A stretch of DNA of 64,000 nt from positions 64,705 through 128,704 of the forward strand of contig DAIJ01000032.1 of assembly GCA_002498725.1 (NCBI GenBank), read 5' to 3'. The position numbers and the translations under genes are program-made. The notes under the pieces are model-generated. The model saw only the letters and a list, made by a program, of their open reading frames with translations, searched no databases and was not told where the DNA came from. Source of the DNA: Euryarchaeota archaeon UBA23 (GTDB lineage Archaea; Thermoplasmatota; Poseidoniia; Poseidoniales; Thalassarchaeaceae). This document shows positions 1-14,185 of this stretch, piece after piece. Each line of letters opens with the position of its first letter. The first letter of the stretch is position 1.

Positions 1-145
1 TTAATTTGTAAATTCTGTTTAAAATTAGAATGATTACAATTATTGTAATTAAGACAAAAAAGGTCAGGGCATCATCTAGCCCATTCGCCACCTTCATGCC
101 CCTTCAGATTGCCTCTATGAGATGAATGCTGCTCTCTAAAGTTAG

Positions 146-232
146 TGGCGCGGCAGGGGAGATTCGAACTCCCGAGGTGAAACACCACTGGATTAGCAAT
201 CCAGCGCAATGGCCAGGCTATGCGACTGCCGC
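146..232 (-). tRNA. tRNA-Ser (anticodon GCU), type II tRNA with long variable arm, CCA encoded
   Basis: Read on the minus strand. Acceptor stem is GCGGCAG/CTGCCGC. T-arm is GGGAG-TTCGAAT-CTCCC. Anticodon stem-loop is CTGGA-TTGCTAA-TCCAG, giving anticodon GCT. Variable arm is 14 nt (TGGTGTTTCACCTC). Discriminator is G, followed by CCA. Total length 87 nt. Confidence 0.8.
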
Positions 233-278
233 TCTATTCTCGCGACCAGAGTTTTTGGCTTAAGCCGAGCGGTTGAAA

Positions 279-5016
<4,738 letters not shown>

Positions 5017-5141
5017 TCAACCCTCCTGAAATTATATGCCAAAGAACCATAAATCAAGAGTTTATTAACAAATAAATGATTGAGTTTTAGGGGTTTTAAC
5101 ACACAATATCGTTAAACAGACGATTCCGGTCGGGCAACTGG

Positions 5142-5948
5142 ATGATAAGGCCGAAAATCTGTGTGACACTTTCTGGTTGCACTGTCGATGAGGTGCTAGC
5201 TGATGCTGCAAGGGCATCCGCAGTGGGTGCAGATTTTTGTGAAGTAAGATTAGATAAATTATGGGTGATAGAGGAAAAATTAGAATCTATAGAATCTGAA
5301 AACGAAGAAGAATCTAAAAACAAATCTTCAGGCCCAATTCAGTTAGAATATATCCCAAGAGAATTCGACTCAGTAAATTTAGTAGAATCTCTCAATGCTT
5401 TCAAGGGCGGAATTGATCTTCCAGTCATTATGACATGCAGACCTAAAGTTCAAGGAGGCTATTTTCCGGGCTCTGAAGAACAACGAATAGATGTTCTCCG
5501 TTCGGCTATTGAGAGTGGAGTTAGTTGGATTGATCTAGAAGCAAATATGGATGCTGAAAAACGTTCAGAATTGATAACTTTAGCCAATGGTAATACTTCA
5601 GTAGTATCTTCAATTCATCTCGAAGAAGAACCTAATAGTTCTACAGAAATAAAGGAAGAAATTGAGTCTATGAATGGAACTGGTGACATAATCAAGATTT
5701 GTTACAAGGCAACAGGTAGGAATTCTGGCTTAAGACTCTTTGAGGCTGCTTGGTCGCTTCGTGAATCGGATTTAAAAACAGCAATAATGGGCATTGGTCC
5801 TGGTGGAGATTGGACCCGAATTCATGCACCACTTCTATGTCAAGATTTAGTATATACAACAATGGAATCAGGACCACATTTATCATCACAAGGAAGAATT
5901 AATGCCTCGGATCTGCTTATGGCTTGGGAATTACTTGAGTATGAATAA
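5142..5948 (+). CDS. aroD: 3-dehydroquinate dehydratase type I-like
   Basis: 268 aa. N-terminal KICVTL...EVRLD pattern typical of type I DHQase, plus lysine/histidine-containing C-terminal half. Shikimate pathway assignment rests on that motif alone. Confidence 0.55.
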   Translation: MIRPKICVTLSGCTVDEVLADAARASAVGADFCEVRLDKLWVIEEKLESIESENEEESKNKSSGPIQLEYIPREFDSVNLVESLNAFKGGIDLPVIMTCRPKVQGGYFPGSEEQRIDVLRSAIESGVSWIDLEANMDAEKRSELITLANGNTSVVSSIHLEEEPNSSTEIKEEIESMNGTGDIIKICYKATGRNSGLRLFEAAWSLRESDLKTAIMGIGPGGDWTRIHAPLLCQDLVYTTMESGPHLSSQGRINASDLLMAWELLEYE

Positions 5949-5954
5949 ATAAAA

Positions 5955-6875
5955 TCAATTTCCTGCTTCTTCATCAGTATTAAGTTGAGCATCCCTCTTC
6001 TCAAGTAAGGGCACAATCTGATTTTCTTCATCTTGATTTACTAATCCAGTTGCATGATATCGACTATGCAAAAGTAAGGGTATAGCAATACAAGCAATAG
6101 GGAGTATGCCTACTATCAGATAGGCAGTGAACTTTGGTAGAGTCAAACGGTCTTCAACATCAATCCAAACTTGTACGATCATATCTCCTTGTACTCCTTT
6201 TGAATCAGAATGTCGACTATTATTCCAGTTATCAAATACGATGTAATAAGTCGGCCGGTCACTCTCACCAAACCATGAAATCCATCCAGTTTTATCATTA
6301 TCTAGCGCGGTCGAGAATGATATACTTTGTTTGTTTTCATAAGCATGAGTGTCACGAAATGGAAGAAAAACAGCCATATCTCTCCATTCAACAGGTATCC
6401 AGTCTAAATCGCTTTCTCGCATTCCATAGCCATCAATGTACATTGAATACTCATTTGAATACATACCCCAATTACTCTCTGTAAGCAAGTATACATCGCC
6501 TTTAGGTGTGCCATTCAGTTGGTTATCTGGGTCTGGATTAAATTCGACACAAAATGTGTAAGAATAACCTGTTACAAGTGCTAATTCTAATGCGCCCCCG
6601 CCATTTCTGGGGATTTCAATTTCTGCATATAGGTCAGATTCAAGATTATCTAAGTCATCATCTTGTTCATTCCATGGGTCCCACCAAAAGTTTCCGTCAT
6701 CTAAAGATTTTAGATTGGCTTGATACCCCCAATTTACACCAACATTAGGTGCAACTTCGCAATCATTAGAAGAGGCGGTAACTGTTCCAATTGGAGTTAT
6801 CATTATAGTAATCAATGGTAATATAAGGGCTAAGGTAAATCCACTTGCTAAGAGCTTGCGAAATAAAACACTCAA
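5955..6875 (-). CDS. hypothetical secreted protein with C-terminal TM anchor, co-oriented 1 nt downstream of the giant metallopeptidase gene
   Basis: 306 aa. N-terminal signal peptide/TM, an Asp- and Trp-rich extracellular domain, and a C-terminal hydrophobic helix YLIVGILPIACIAIPLLL. No recognisable catalytic motif. Confidence 0.4.
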   Translation of the reverse strand: MSVLFRKLLASGFTLALILPLITIMITPIGTVTASSNDCEVAPNVGVNWGYQANLKSLDDGNFWWDPWNEQDDDLDNLESDLYAEIEIPRNGGGALELALVTGYSYTFCVEFNPDPDNQLNGTPKGDVYLLTESNWGMYSNEYSMYIDGYGMRESDLDWIPVEWRDMAVFLPFRDTHAYENKQSISFSTALDNDKTGWISWFGESDRPTYYIVFDNWNNSRHSDSKGVQGDMIVQVWIDVEDRLTLPKFTAYLIVGILPIACIAIPLLLHSRYHATGLVNQDEENQIVPLLEKRDAQLNTDEEAGN

Positions 6876-6876
6876 C

Positions 6877-9800
6877 TCAGCGCCTCCGTGTCCTAATAGG
6901 GCGTATGTATCCCGACTCCTTGTTCCTTCGTTCTTCTACTGTCAAATATTTTGGTTGAGGTGGTGGTGTGTGTTGGTCCATACCAGGAAGGCCTCCTTCC
7001 GCTTTAATTTCTTGAACGTCATAAGTCTCTAGCATGTCTTCAGCATCAAGTTCTTCTTCATCCTTCTGACGCATTATCATCCATCCAAGCAATAACACAG
7101 CACCTACTAGTGCTAATAGTCCAGCACTTCCTCTATCAGGAACCAAATCTTTCAATGTAAGATCCGATATAGACTTTGGCCTATTGTCTTCTTCAATTGA
7201 AAGAACAGTAATCATATAATCTTCAGAGTTGCAGACTCCTACTCCGTCACAAACTTGCATGATAATTCGAATTTCTCCAGTACTCTGCCAAGTCATATTG
7301 GACCAAAGAAAATCGTTTTGTGGATTGCCATCTTGGTCAGAATCAACTAATGCATTAAGGTCCCAATTAACTTCTAAATCTCCAGTTAATGTTCGGTCCC
7401 TGTCATTATTAGATATTCCATCACCATCGCTATCTTCATCAGCATTTAGATCTAGCCAAGCCTCTAGACCATTTTCAAGGTCCGAGTCAGATACACTGTA
7501 ATTCAATACTACTGCTTCCCCATAGGTAACATAAGGAGAATCTATAGGGTCTATTGTGTTAATACTAGGCTCATTTGATACATGAATAATCATAGTGGTG
7601 GTATTTGTATCGCCACTTTCGAATCCATCTACTACAGTTAGTGTAACAATATAACTTCCAGGCCGCTGCCATGAATGCCATACTTCAGATCCTTCTACTT
7701 GTGGAGTTGCATCACCAAAATCCCAAATCCATCTGGTAATGCCGTTCCAATCCTCATCATTTCTATCTATTGAGTTCATTCCAATAAATCTAGGATCGGA
7801 ATCATAACTAGATGACCCATCAAATTTTAGAGGAGCCCCAGGTGCTATGAATGCTCCTCCATCGTTAGAAAATGGAACCCACCAAATAATTTCTGAGGAA
7901 TTGGATAAAGAGAACTCACTCAATGCCGTATCATTAATGCTCGGTTGTAAGAATTCAATGATTGGTACAGGAGGTGGGTTAGCTATTCTAATTTGGAATG
8001 ATTTTGTTGCTGATTCAGCCCCACGTTCATCAATTACAGTAAGTGACACAGTGTATAAACCAGGTTCTGTGAATGTGTAATGAACACCAGTTAGATTTTC
8101 TATTTGGCCATCCATACCCGTAATATTCCATTTTGTCAATAATAGAGAAGTATCGCCATCTGGATCAAATGAAAGACTTTCAAAATAATAGTCAGTATTG
8201 ACGGTTCCATCTGCAGGTCTTGCAAATACGGCTACAGGGCGCTGATTCAAAACACGTATTGACAGAGAACTTGTAGATACATTACCATCGTCATCAGTAA
8301 CTTCTATTGTTACATTTTTCAAACCAGGGGTTTTCCATCCAACGATAGGATTCCTTTCAAGAGATTCTGTAGTTGTAAAAGCGGAGGTCATGGTGAGTCC
8401 ACTTCCTGATAGATTGACCCCCTCATCAAATGTCCAACGATATTCTACAATAATACCATCATCATCTGTAAATACATCAGGTAATTCTAATGGTGTCAAA
8501 GTAAAGGTTTGCATTTCTTCATCGAATATTTGTCTTGGAATTCTATTCAAAACTCTAACAAAAACTTCGTGTTCAACAACAAATGTTCCATCACTGATAG
8601 TCAATGTTAGAGTGTATACAATGCCATCAGCACTTCCATCAACATAGGCGTGACTCGCTTCTACCATACCTTGTCCTCCTTCATCACTTCCATCACCCCA
8701 ATTCCAAGTAAAATTCATTTGTTCATGAGGTACGTTATCTACAGTACTCAGTGCAGAAAAAGTCACTCTTTGATTAGTTTTCAGGATAATTTCGTCAATA
8801 ATAGGAACATTGTCTACAGTAATCTCTGGAATAGGTTCAGTAGTGTCATTTACTGAAACATTCCAGTATTGAGTTTCTGAGAAGAATCCTCCTTGATCCG
8901 TTATAGTTAGTGAAATTGTATAAGTTCCAGATTCAGTAAAAGTATGAACAGGATTTTTCAGACCAGAACTAGTGTTATCACCTAGATTCCATATGTATGA
9001 TATTGGGGTTTCATTATGACTGTAAGAACCGTTTAATAATCCGAATCCCCACACATCATAACCTCCTCCATAAAGATACAGTGGCAACCATGTTTGAATA
9101 ACAGATGTTGACATTGAGCCCGAGGCAACAGGTTCCATATTAGCAAGGTTCATTGGTAGATTGAAAGCAGTATCTATTTCTTCTCCAGTCACATCACTAA
9201 TTCTAACTCCAAATGTCCATTCTCCACTTTCAGGAGGTGTGAACCAAACAGATTCTTCAGTTGGAATACTATTTCCTGCTGTAACGTCAAATGTCATAGA
9301 GTCACGAAGAGTATTGTTTAGATAAGCCTCAACAGTTACTTCAATGATTTCAAAGAATGCATTTGAGACTACTTCAAGTTCAATCTCAACACTGTCATCA
9401 ACATTATCTTGATCTCTATCAAATGGTTTAATTGACATAATATCAATTTCTGCAGGATCTGTAATTATTCCTGCTTGTACTGTAATGTCAGTTGTAGGGT
9501 ATGATCCTGTGGTGATTCCACAACTGGCGAAATTATAGTCACAATCTGTAACTTGTGATTCATACCAAGTTATTACCCAAACTTCATCTGTGGTATTACC
9601 AAATCCATGAACTAATCCAGTTCCTGCTCCAGTTTGGTCATCAATTCTTAATTTTGACATTGTCCAAGTTCCTGTAGCAGAATCTTTTGCCATCACAGTA
9701 CCTACTACTCCAAATTGAGTTGGTTGAACCATTAGATTTAGTGGAGCCCCCGTTCCACCTGAAAACTTGTAAGAACGCACACCCCAGCCTTCTAGTTCAT

Positions 9801-11025
9801 GAACTGGGCTTGTCCAAGTATTCTGCCATTCATCTTTGAATCCGGACATTTGTACTCTACAGATGAATCCAGTAACGCAACCTGCAGTCAATGCTATGTT
9901 ATCAAGTCCGAAGGCACCTTGGGCACTATCAAGTGTTACTGCAGCTGTAAAGTTAGCATAAATATCAGACATTGTGGTTCCAATAGCAGTAGATCCCGGC
10001 TCAGGATTTCTTGCTAGGTTTTCTATACCAACTCCGCCAGTAGCAGTATCTGAAACAAGACTTGAGATTGCGGCTCCACCTCCTAATTTATCGGCAAGAT
10101 ACATCAAGAACATGAAACCACCACCATAGTCCGCTATTCTCTGATTCCACCATCTAACACTCATGTTGGAATTTTGAGACCATTCATTGGCATGTTGGGA
10201 AATAACATTAGTAATTCCGAAACAGAGATAGGCAGCCATATCAGCAGCACCTTCGTCAATCCAGATATATTCATAGGGATCTCTAGCATTGTGTAATAGA
10301 TGTTCCAATTCATGAGCAAGTATCGTATTCCTCCAACTCATGTCATCAGAATCTACAAACAGAATTTCTCTAGTATTTGCTATATTTGGATCAAAGTAGC
10401 CTCCAATTCCTGATCCACCATCTATTTGGAAAAGTAGAATTTCAATTTGACAATTATTATCTACATCAGGAGGGCTGCCAAAGTATGTAGTATCTGTAGG
10501 GAATATTGTAGATTCCCAAGTAGATGCGATATCATTTAGAGTTGTTGATGGAATAACCACACCATCCTCTACAAAAATAGCAGAATTAGTAGATATTTTT
10601 TGTACAGTAGCGGTAACTACTCCACTTGATGTACTGAATGTGTCAGTATCATCAACCGACCAAGCATTTTCACAATTTCTAGATGTAGATTTTACATTTT
10701 GATATGAAGAAGAGAATGGGTCAACTAGGTTTGGATATCCGTTATTAATCCATTGATTTTTTAGAAAACCAAAAGCAGAATATACAGTGTTATTTTCATC
10801 ATTGTAAAGATAAGGGTAACCATGATTTTCAGGATCAAAGTCACTTAGATCTCCCGGGTTTTCAGACAGGTCTTGATTTTCATGATTTTCGTTTGCTGAG
10901 ATTGTTGGAGATACTAATGCTACCAACATTAAGATAACTAACAACAACGAAGTTGTTGATTCAGATTTCCTTACAGACGAACTCATATCACCACAGCCCC
11001 TGAAGAGGACAGGTTCAAGCCCCAC
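6877..11025 (-). CDS. giant secreted zinc-metallopeptidase-like surface protein (HEXXH gluzincin motif) with multiple PKD-like domains and C-terminal TM anchor
   Basis: 1382 aa. Signal peptide (likely start at MSSSVRK, near 10986). Gluzincin-like motif ILAHELEHLLHN...IDEGAADM. Several PKD-like repeats (YTISLTITDQGG, GSYIVTLTVVDG, GLYTVSLTVIDERG). C-terminal TM LLALVGAVLLLGWMIM followed by a charged cytoplasmic tail. Confidence 0.6.
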   Translation of the reverse strand: MGLEPVLFRGCGDMSSSVRKSESTTSLLLVILMLVALVSPTISANENHENQDLSENPGDLSDFDPENHGYPYLYNDENNTVYSAFGFLKNQWINNGYPNLVDPFSSSYQNVKSTSRNCENAWSVDDTDTFSTSSGVVTATVQKISTNSAIFVEDGVVIPSTTLNDIASTWESTIFPTDTTYFGSPPDVDNNCQIEILLFQIDGGSGIGGYFDPNIANTREILFVDSDDMSWRNTILAHELEHLLHNARDPYEYIWIDEGAADMAAYLCFGITNVISQHANEWSQNSNMSVRWWNQRIADYGGGFMFLMYLADKLGGGAAISSLVSDTATGGVGIENLARNPEPGSTAIGTTMSDIYANFTAAVTLDSAQGAFGLDNIALTAGCVTGFICRVQMSGFKDEWQNTWTSPVHELEGWGVRSYKFSGGTGAPLNLMVQPTQFGVVGTVMAKDSATGTWTMSKLRIDDQTGAGTGLVHGFGNTTDEVWVITWYESQVTDCDYNFASCGITTGSYPTTDITVQAGIITDPAEIDIMSIKPFDRDQDNVDDSVEIELEVVSNAFFEIIEVTVEAYLNNTLRDSMTFDVTAGNSIPTEESVWFTPPESGEWTFGVRISDVTGEEIDTAFNLPMNLANMEPVASGSMSTSVIQTWLPLYLYGGGYDVWGFGLLNGSYSHNETPISYIWNLGDNTSSGLKNPVHTFTESGTYTISLTITDQGGFFSETQYWNVSVNDTTEPIPEITVDNVPIIDEIILKTNQRVTFSALSTVDNVPHEQMNFTWNWGDGSDEGGQGMVEASHAYVDGSADGIVYTLTLTISDGTFVVEHEVFVRVLNRIPRQIFDEEMQTFTLTPLELPDVFTDDDGIIVEYRWTFDEGVNLSGSGLTMTSAFTTTESLERNPIVGWKTPGLKNVTIEVTDDDGNVSTSSLSIRVLNQRPVAVFARPADGTVNTDYYFESLSFDPDGDTSLLLTKWNITGMDGQIENLTGVHYTFTEPGLYTVSLTVIDERGAESATKSFQIRIANPPPVPIIEFLQPSINDTALSEFSLSNSSEIIWWVPFSNDGGAFIAPGAPLKFDGSSSYDSDPRFIGMNSIDRNDEDWNGITRWIWDFGDATPQVEGSEVWHSWQRPGSYIVTLTVVDGFESGDTNTTTMIIHVSNEPSINTIDPIDSPYVTYGEAVVLNYSVSDSDLENGLEAWLDLNADEDSDGDGISNNDRDRTLTGDLEVNWDLNALVDSDQDGNPQNDFLWSNMTWQSTGEIRIIMQVCDGVGVCNSEDYMITVLSIEEDNRPKSISDLTLKDLVPDRGSAGLLALVGAVLLLGWMIMRQKDEEELDAEDMLETYDVQEIKAEGGLPGMDQHTPPPQPKYLTVEERRNKESGYIRPIRTRRR

Positions 11026-11045
11026 TTCTAACCGCTATAACATCG

Positions 11046-12077
11046 ATGGAGCATTGTTCGGACAGATCCGGCCCGAAGGGCCGACACCCAAAGGGCAATG
11101 AATTCCTTCCAGAACTTCCATCAATTATCCTGTTTTTTTTGTTTACAGTGGTAATTTTCCAACCCATTGCTTCGGGACAAAATGACGCATCAGCCCCCCA
11201 GATTTTGACTATAATACCTCATGACTCAAATGCATTCACACAGGGTCTAGAGATTTATGACGGTAGATTCTATGAGAGCACAGGATTATATGGTTCCTCG
11301 AGTGTAAGAATAGTAAATATGTCAACAGGCGAAATTGAATTACAGAAAAATCTTGAAGATAGCTATTTTGGTGAAGGATTAACGATTAATAATGACACCA
11401 TTATTCAATTGACATGGAAAGAAAATGTTGCTTTTATTTATGATATCGATACACTAGAATTAATTGATTATCTTTCATATGAGGGTGAAGGTTGGGGAAT
11501 ATGTAAGTTGCCTAATAGTAATAATTTCTTAATGACAGATGGTACAGGAAAACTTAAACATCTTTCAAATAATTTTTCTCAACAGGGAGAATTAGAGATC
11601 TTCTTAATTTCGAATAGTGTTAGAGAATCTGTTGATAATTTGAATGAACTAGAATGTACAAGTAATGGGATATTCGTTAATGTTTGGTATGAAGACTGGA
11701 TCTACTTCGCAGATTACCGAGGGAAGGTATGTAGAACTATTGATTTCAGTTCGGTTAGAGAACAATATGAAAATGAATCTTCTGGAGTTATGAATGGGAT
11801 TGCTTGGGATCAAAATAATGGGACCTACTGGATAACTGGAAAGAATTGGTTAAATTATTATGAAGTTAAAATTAATGATAATCCTTGTTTTGTGTCAGGA
11901 GTTCCATCTTCTACCCCCTCATTAGTAAGTAATAATGAAGCAGGTGGGTTTGGTGAACTTGCTGGATTATTAGGTAGTTTATTTTTCATAATTCTTCTTC
12001 ACTATCCCTATTCAAAAAAGAAATCAAGGGATAGACAAAATGAGAAGCCTTCCTCTTCTAGAGGAGATGAGAAGTGA
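11046..12077 (+). CDS. glutaminyl-peptide cyclotransferase (plant/bacterial-type glutamine cyclotransferase, beta-propeller), membrane anchored
   Basis: 343 aa. N-terminal TM/signal. Motif HDSNAFTQGLEIYDGRFYESTGLYGSSSVRIVNMSTGEI matches the glutamine cyclotransferase family core (AFTQGL...ESTGLYG). C-terminal hydrophobic anchor. Confidence 0.7.
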   Translation: MEHCSDRSGPKGRHPKGNEFLPELPSIILFFLFTVVIFQPIASGQNDASAPQILTIIPHDSNAFTQGLEIYDGRFYESTGLYGSSSVRIVNMSTGEIELQKNLEDSYFGEGLTINNDTIIQLTWKENVAFIYDIDTLELIDYLSYEGEGWGICKLPNSNNFLMTDGTGKLKHLSNNFSQQGELEIFLISNSVRESVDNLNELECTSNGIFVNVWYEDWIYFADYRGKVCRTIDFSSVREQYENESSGVMNGIAWDQNNGTYWITGKNWLNYYEVKINDNPCFVSGVPSSTPSLVSNNEAGGFGELAGLLGSLFFIILLHYPYSKKKSRDRQNEKPSSSRGDEK

Positions 12078-12086
12078 AGAGGGGGA

Positions 12087-12830
12087 GTGAGAATGTCAGA
12101 CATTGATGAATCCAAACGTACTCGTTTTCAATGGTGGCTTGAGGACCTTTCCGTGGATCCAGCAACTAGGGTTGCAGGAGCAATTTTAATTATCTTTGGA
12201 AGTATACTTGGAGTGATTACTGGTAGTCTACATATTACAGCAGATGTAGGCGATGTTCTTTCTGGACAATTGGATGAGTCGGGAGGTTCTGCTGACGTCA
12301 CTGGAGCTGTATATTCTGCATTAATAGATAATTCTACAGGTGGCGAAGCAATAGAAGGTGTAGTAGTAATAATTGAGGATGAAGAAGGTCTTGAGATAGG
12401 TCGAGATGTAACTGATTCTGGTGGCCGGTTCTCAGTTTCCGATATCGCACGCCAGTCATCCGTAATAGTCATCGATCACCCCGGTTATATTATTGAAAAA
12501 ATACTAATTATTCCTGGTGATCATGCTCAGATAACAGTTACTTTGACCGAAGGAGAAGGAAATATAACTACTGACATGAGAGGAGAAAGTCATCTTGATG
12601 AATCGGTACTAATAACATCCATTGTAGGTTTCATTACTCTGACTGCAGGCATTGCAGGTATATTAGGTGGGGTTGAAGTTTACAATGGAAAGAACCACTT
12701 CAGATCTCAATTTCTTTCATATTTGGGACTTTGGAGTCAAGGACTTATGTTTATAGGGCCACTTTTCATTCTTATTGGTATGGGGCTAACCTATCTGAGT
12801 CGTGAACAATTTGGACTTACAGATGCTTGA
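12087..12830 (+). CDS. membrane protein with an extracellular carboxypeptidase-regulatory-like (CarboxypepD_reg) beta-sandwich domain
   Basis: 247 aa, GTG start. Three predicted TM helices. Central domain GAVYSALIDNSTGGEAIEGVVVIIEDEEGLEIGRDVTDSGGRFSVSDI. The gene is 9 nt after the QC gene, and the thymidylate kinase gene abuts directly downstream. Confidence 0.5.
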   Translation: MRMSDIDESKRTRFQWWLEDLSVDPATRVAGAILIIFGSILGVITGSLHITADVGDVLSGQLDESGGSADVTGAVYSALIDNSTGGEAIEGVVVIIEDEEGLEIGRDVTDSGGRFSVSDIARQSSVIVIDHPGYIIEKILIIPGDHAQITVTLTEGEGNITTDMRGESHLDESVLITSIVGFITLTAGIAGILGGVEVYNGKNHFRSQFLSYLGLWSQGLMFIGPLFILIGMGLTYLSREQFGLTDA

Positions 12831-14180
12831 GGTGTTGTCATTTATCTAATCACAATAGAAGGAGGCGATGGATCTGGAAAAGGCCTAGCCACCAAAGTAG
12901 TTGCTGAAGTTCTAGCAAAGGAATTTTGCTTTACTTCTGTTGAAATAACTGGAGAACCTCGTAGAGATCATCCTTTAGGTAGATTGGCTATAGATTCCGT
13001 AAGGCAAAATACTCATAGTCCAGAGCAAGAAGCGGGTTTTTTTGCGGCAGACAGGGTTGATCATTCTCACGGCTGGATACTTCCTCGCCTAGAAGAAGGA
13101 AGAATCGTAGTTAGCGAACGCAATGTTCACTCCTCGCTTGTTTATCAGGGAATAGTAGGAAGTTTAGGTGTAGATAGAGTTGCCCAAATAAATTCTGCAG
13201 CGTTAGTCCCTGATTTGTGTATATGGGTTGACTGCGATCCTAAAGTGGCAATGAAAAGAATACAATCTGGAACTCTAAGAATGATGTCAGATAAGGAAGA
13301 ATATTTTGAAACAACAGATCTACAGGAAAAAATACGCACGGGTTATCGCGACCTTCTATCAGGTAAAGTGGAGATGCCCACACCATTTGATATGGGAGCG
13401 ATAATTGGTCCAGTATCTAACGAGTCCACTGAAAAAGAATTTATTCGTAAATTAACTATACATATTAGAAAGTTCGTACATTCGCGCCCATCTCCTCTAA
13501 ATGTAGATACTGAATCAGTTGAAAGATATATGTTGAAGAAACTTATTTCATCAAATAAAGGCCAAACAACTCTTTATGGTTTAGGAGTAGAACCTAATCT
13601 TAAACGTGTAGATTGGCTTGATGGGAGTTCTCCCTGGAAGGTCCTTAATGAAGCTCAGAAGTTACATACTTCTGCAATGAATAATATTGCTAGTCAAGAT
13701 AGAAATGATGTGCCTCAGAGTGTTCTTGCTCACTCTTTATCCTCAATTTGTGCAACATTATCTCAAATGCCTTCTGCCGATGTTAACGAATTGAGAAACT
13801 CTCAAGGGCCCGTTCGAGCAGTTTCAGATTCTCATTCGCATAAGGTTTTGAGATTTTTAGCGGATGAATCTAATTGGGTACATCAACATAAGTCACTAAT
13901 TGGAAGGGATGCTGCTAGAAATCAATTGAAAAATGAATTCCATCCTTTTGGGAATTTGATTTTGTCAATTTGGCCACTCCGTAAGGCCATAAAAAGATGG
14001 ATAAGAAAGAATCCGAAAACCCATTTAAGATTTGCAATTGGCCAGATAATTCGCTCAGAAGAATATCCACGCGAAGTAAAACATACACTTGAACGACTAA
14101 AAATATTAGGAAATGGTAAATCCAAAGCCCCTCCTCCTTCATCACCTAAAGAACTAATTTCTTGGTGGCAAGGTAAATAA
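12831..14180 (+). CDS. tmk: thymidylate kinase fused to an uncharacterised C-terminal domain of about 200 aa; start codon unresolved
   Basis: The P-loop IEGGDGSGKG is encoded at 12855-12884, in frame and immediately after the upstream TGA (12828-12830). Tmk motifs follow (LGRL, FFAADR, RNVHSSLVYQG, DLCIWVDCDPKVAMKR). The first in-frame ATG/GTG/TTG is TTG at 12984, which would remove the P-loop. The C-terminal 200 residues have no recognisable motif. Confidence 0.65.
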   Translation, partial: GVVIYLITIEGGDGSGKGLATKVVAEVLAKEFCFTSVEITGEPRRDHPLGRLAIDSVRQNTHSPEQEAGFFAADRVDHSHGWILPRLEEGRIVVSERNVHSSLVYQGIVGSLGVDRVAQINSAALVPDLCIWVDCDPKVAMKRIQSGTLRMMSDKEEYFETTDLQEKIRTGYRDLLSGKVEMPTPFDMGAIIGPVSNESTEKEFIRKLTIHIRKFVHSRPSPLNVDTESVERYMLKKLISSNKGQTTLYGLGVEPNLKRVDWLDGSSPWKVLNEAQKLHTSAMNNIASQDRNDVPQSVLAHSLSSICATLSQMPSADVNELRNSQGPVRAVSDSHSHKVLRFLADESNWVHQHKSLIGRDAARNQLKNEFHPFGNLILSIWPLRKAIKRWIRKNPKTHLRFAIGQIIRSEEYPREVKHTLERLKILGNGKSKAPPPSSPKELISWWQGK

Positions 14181-14185
14181 AATCG

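Noticed and set aside
12828-12834. TGA read-through fusing the upstream membrane protein to thymidylate kinase
   Set aside because: Predicted topology puts the C-terminus of the 3-TM upstream protein outside the membrane, where a nucleotide kinase domain makes no sense. There is no SECIS-like element or recoding signal. Non-canonical initiation or a sequence error is more parsimonious.
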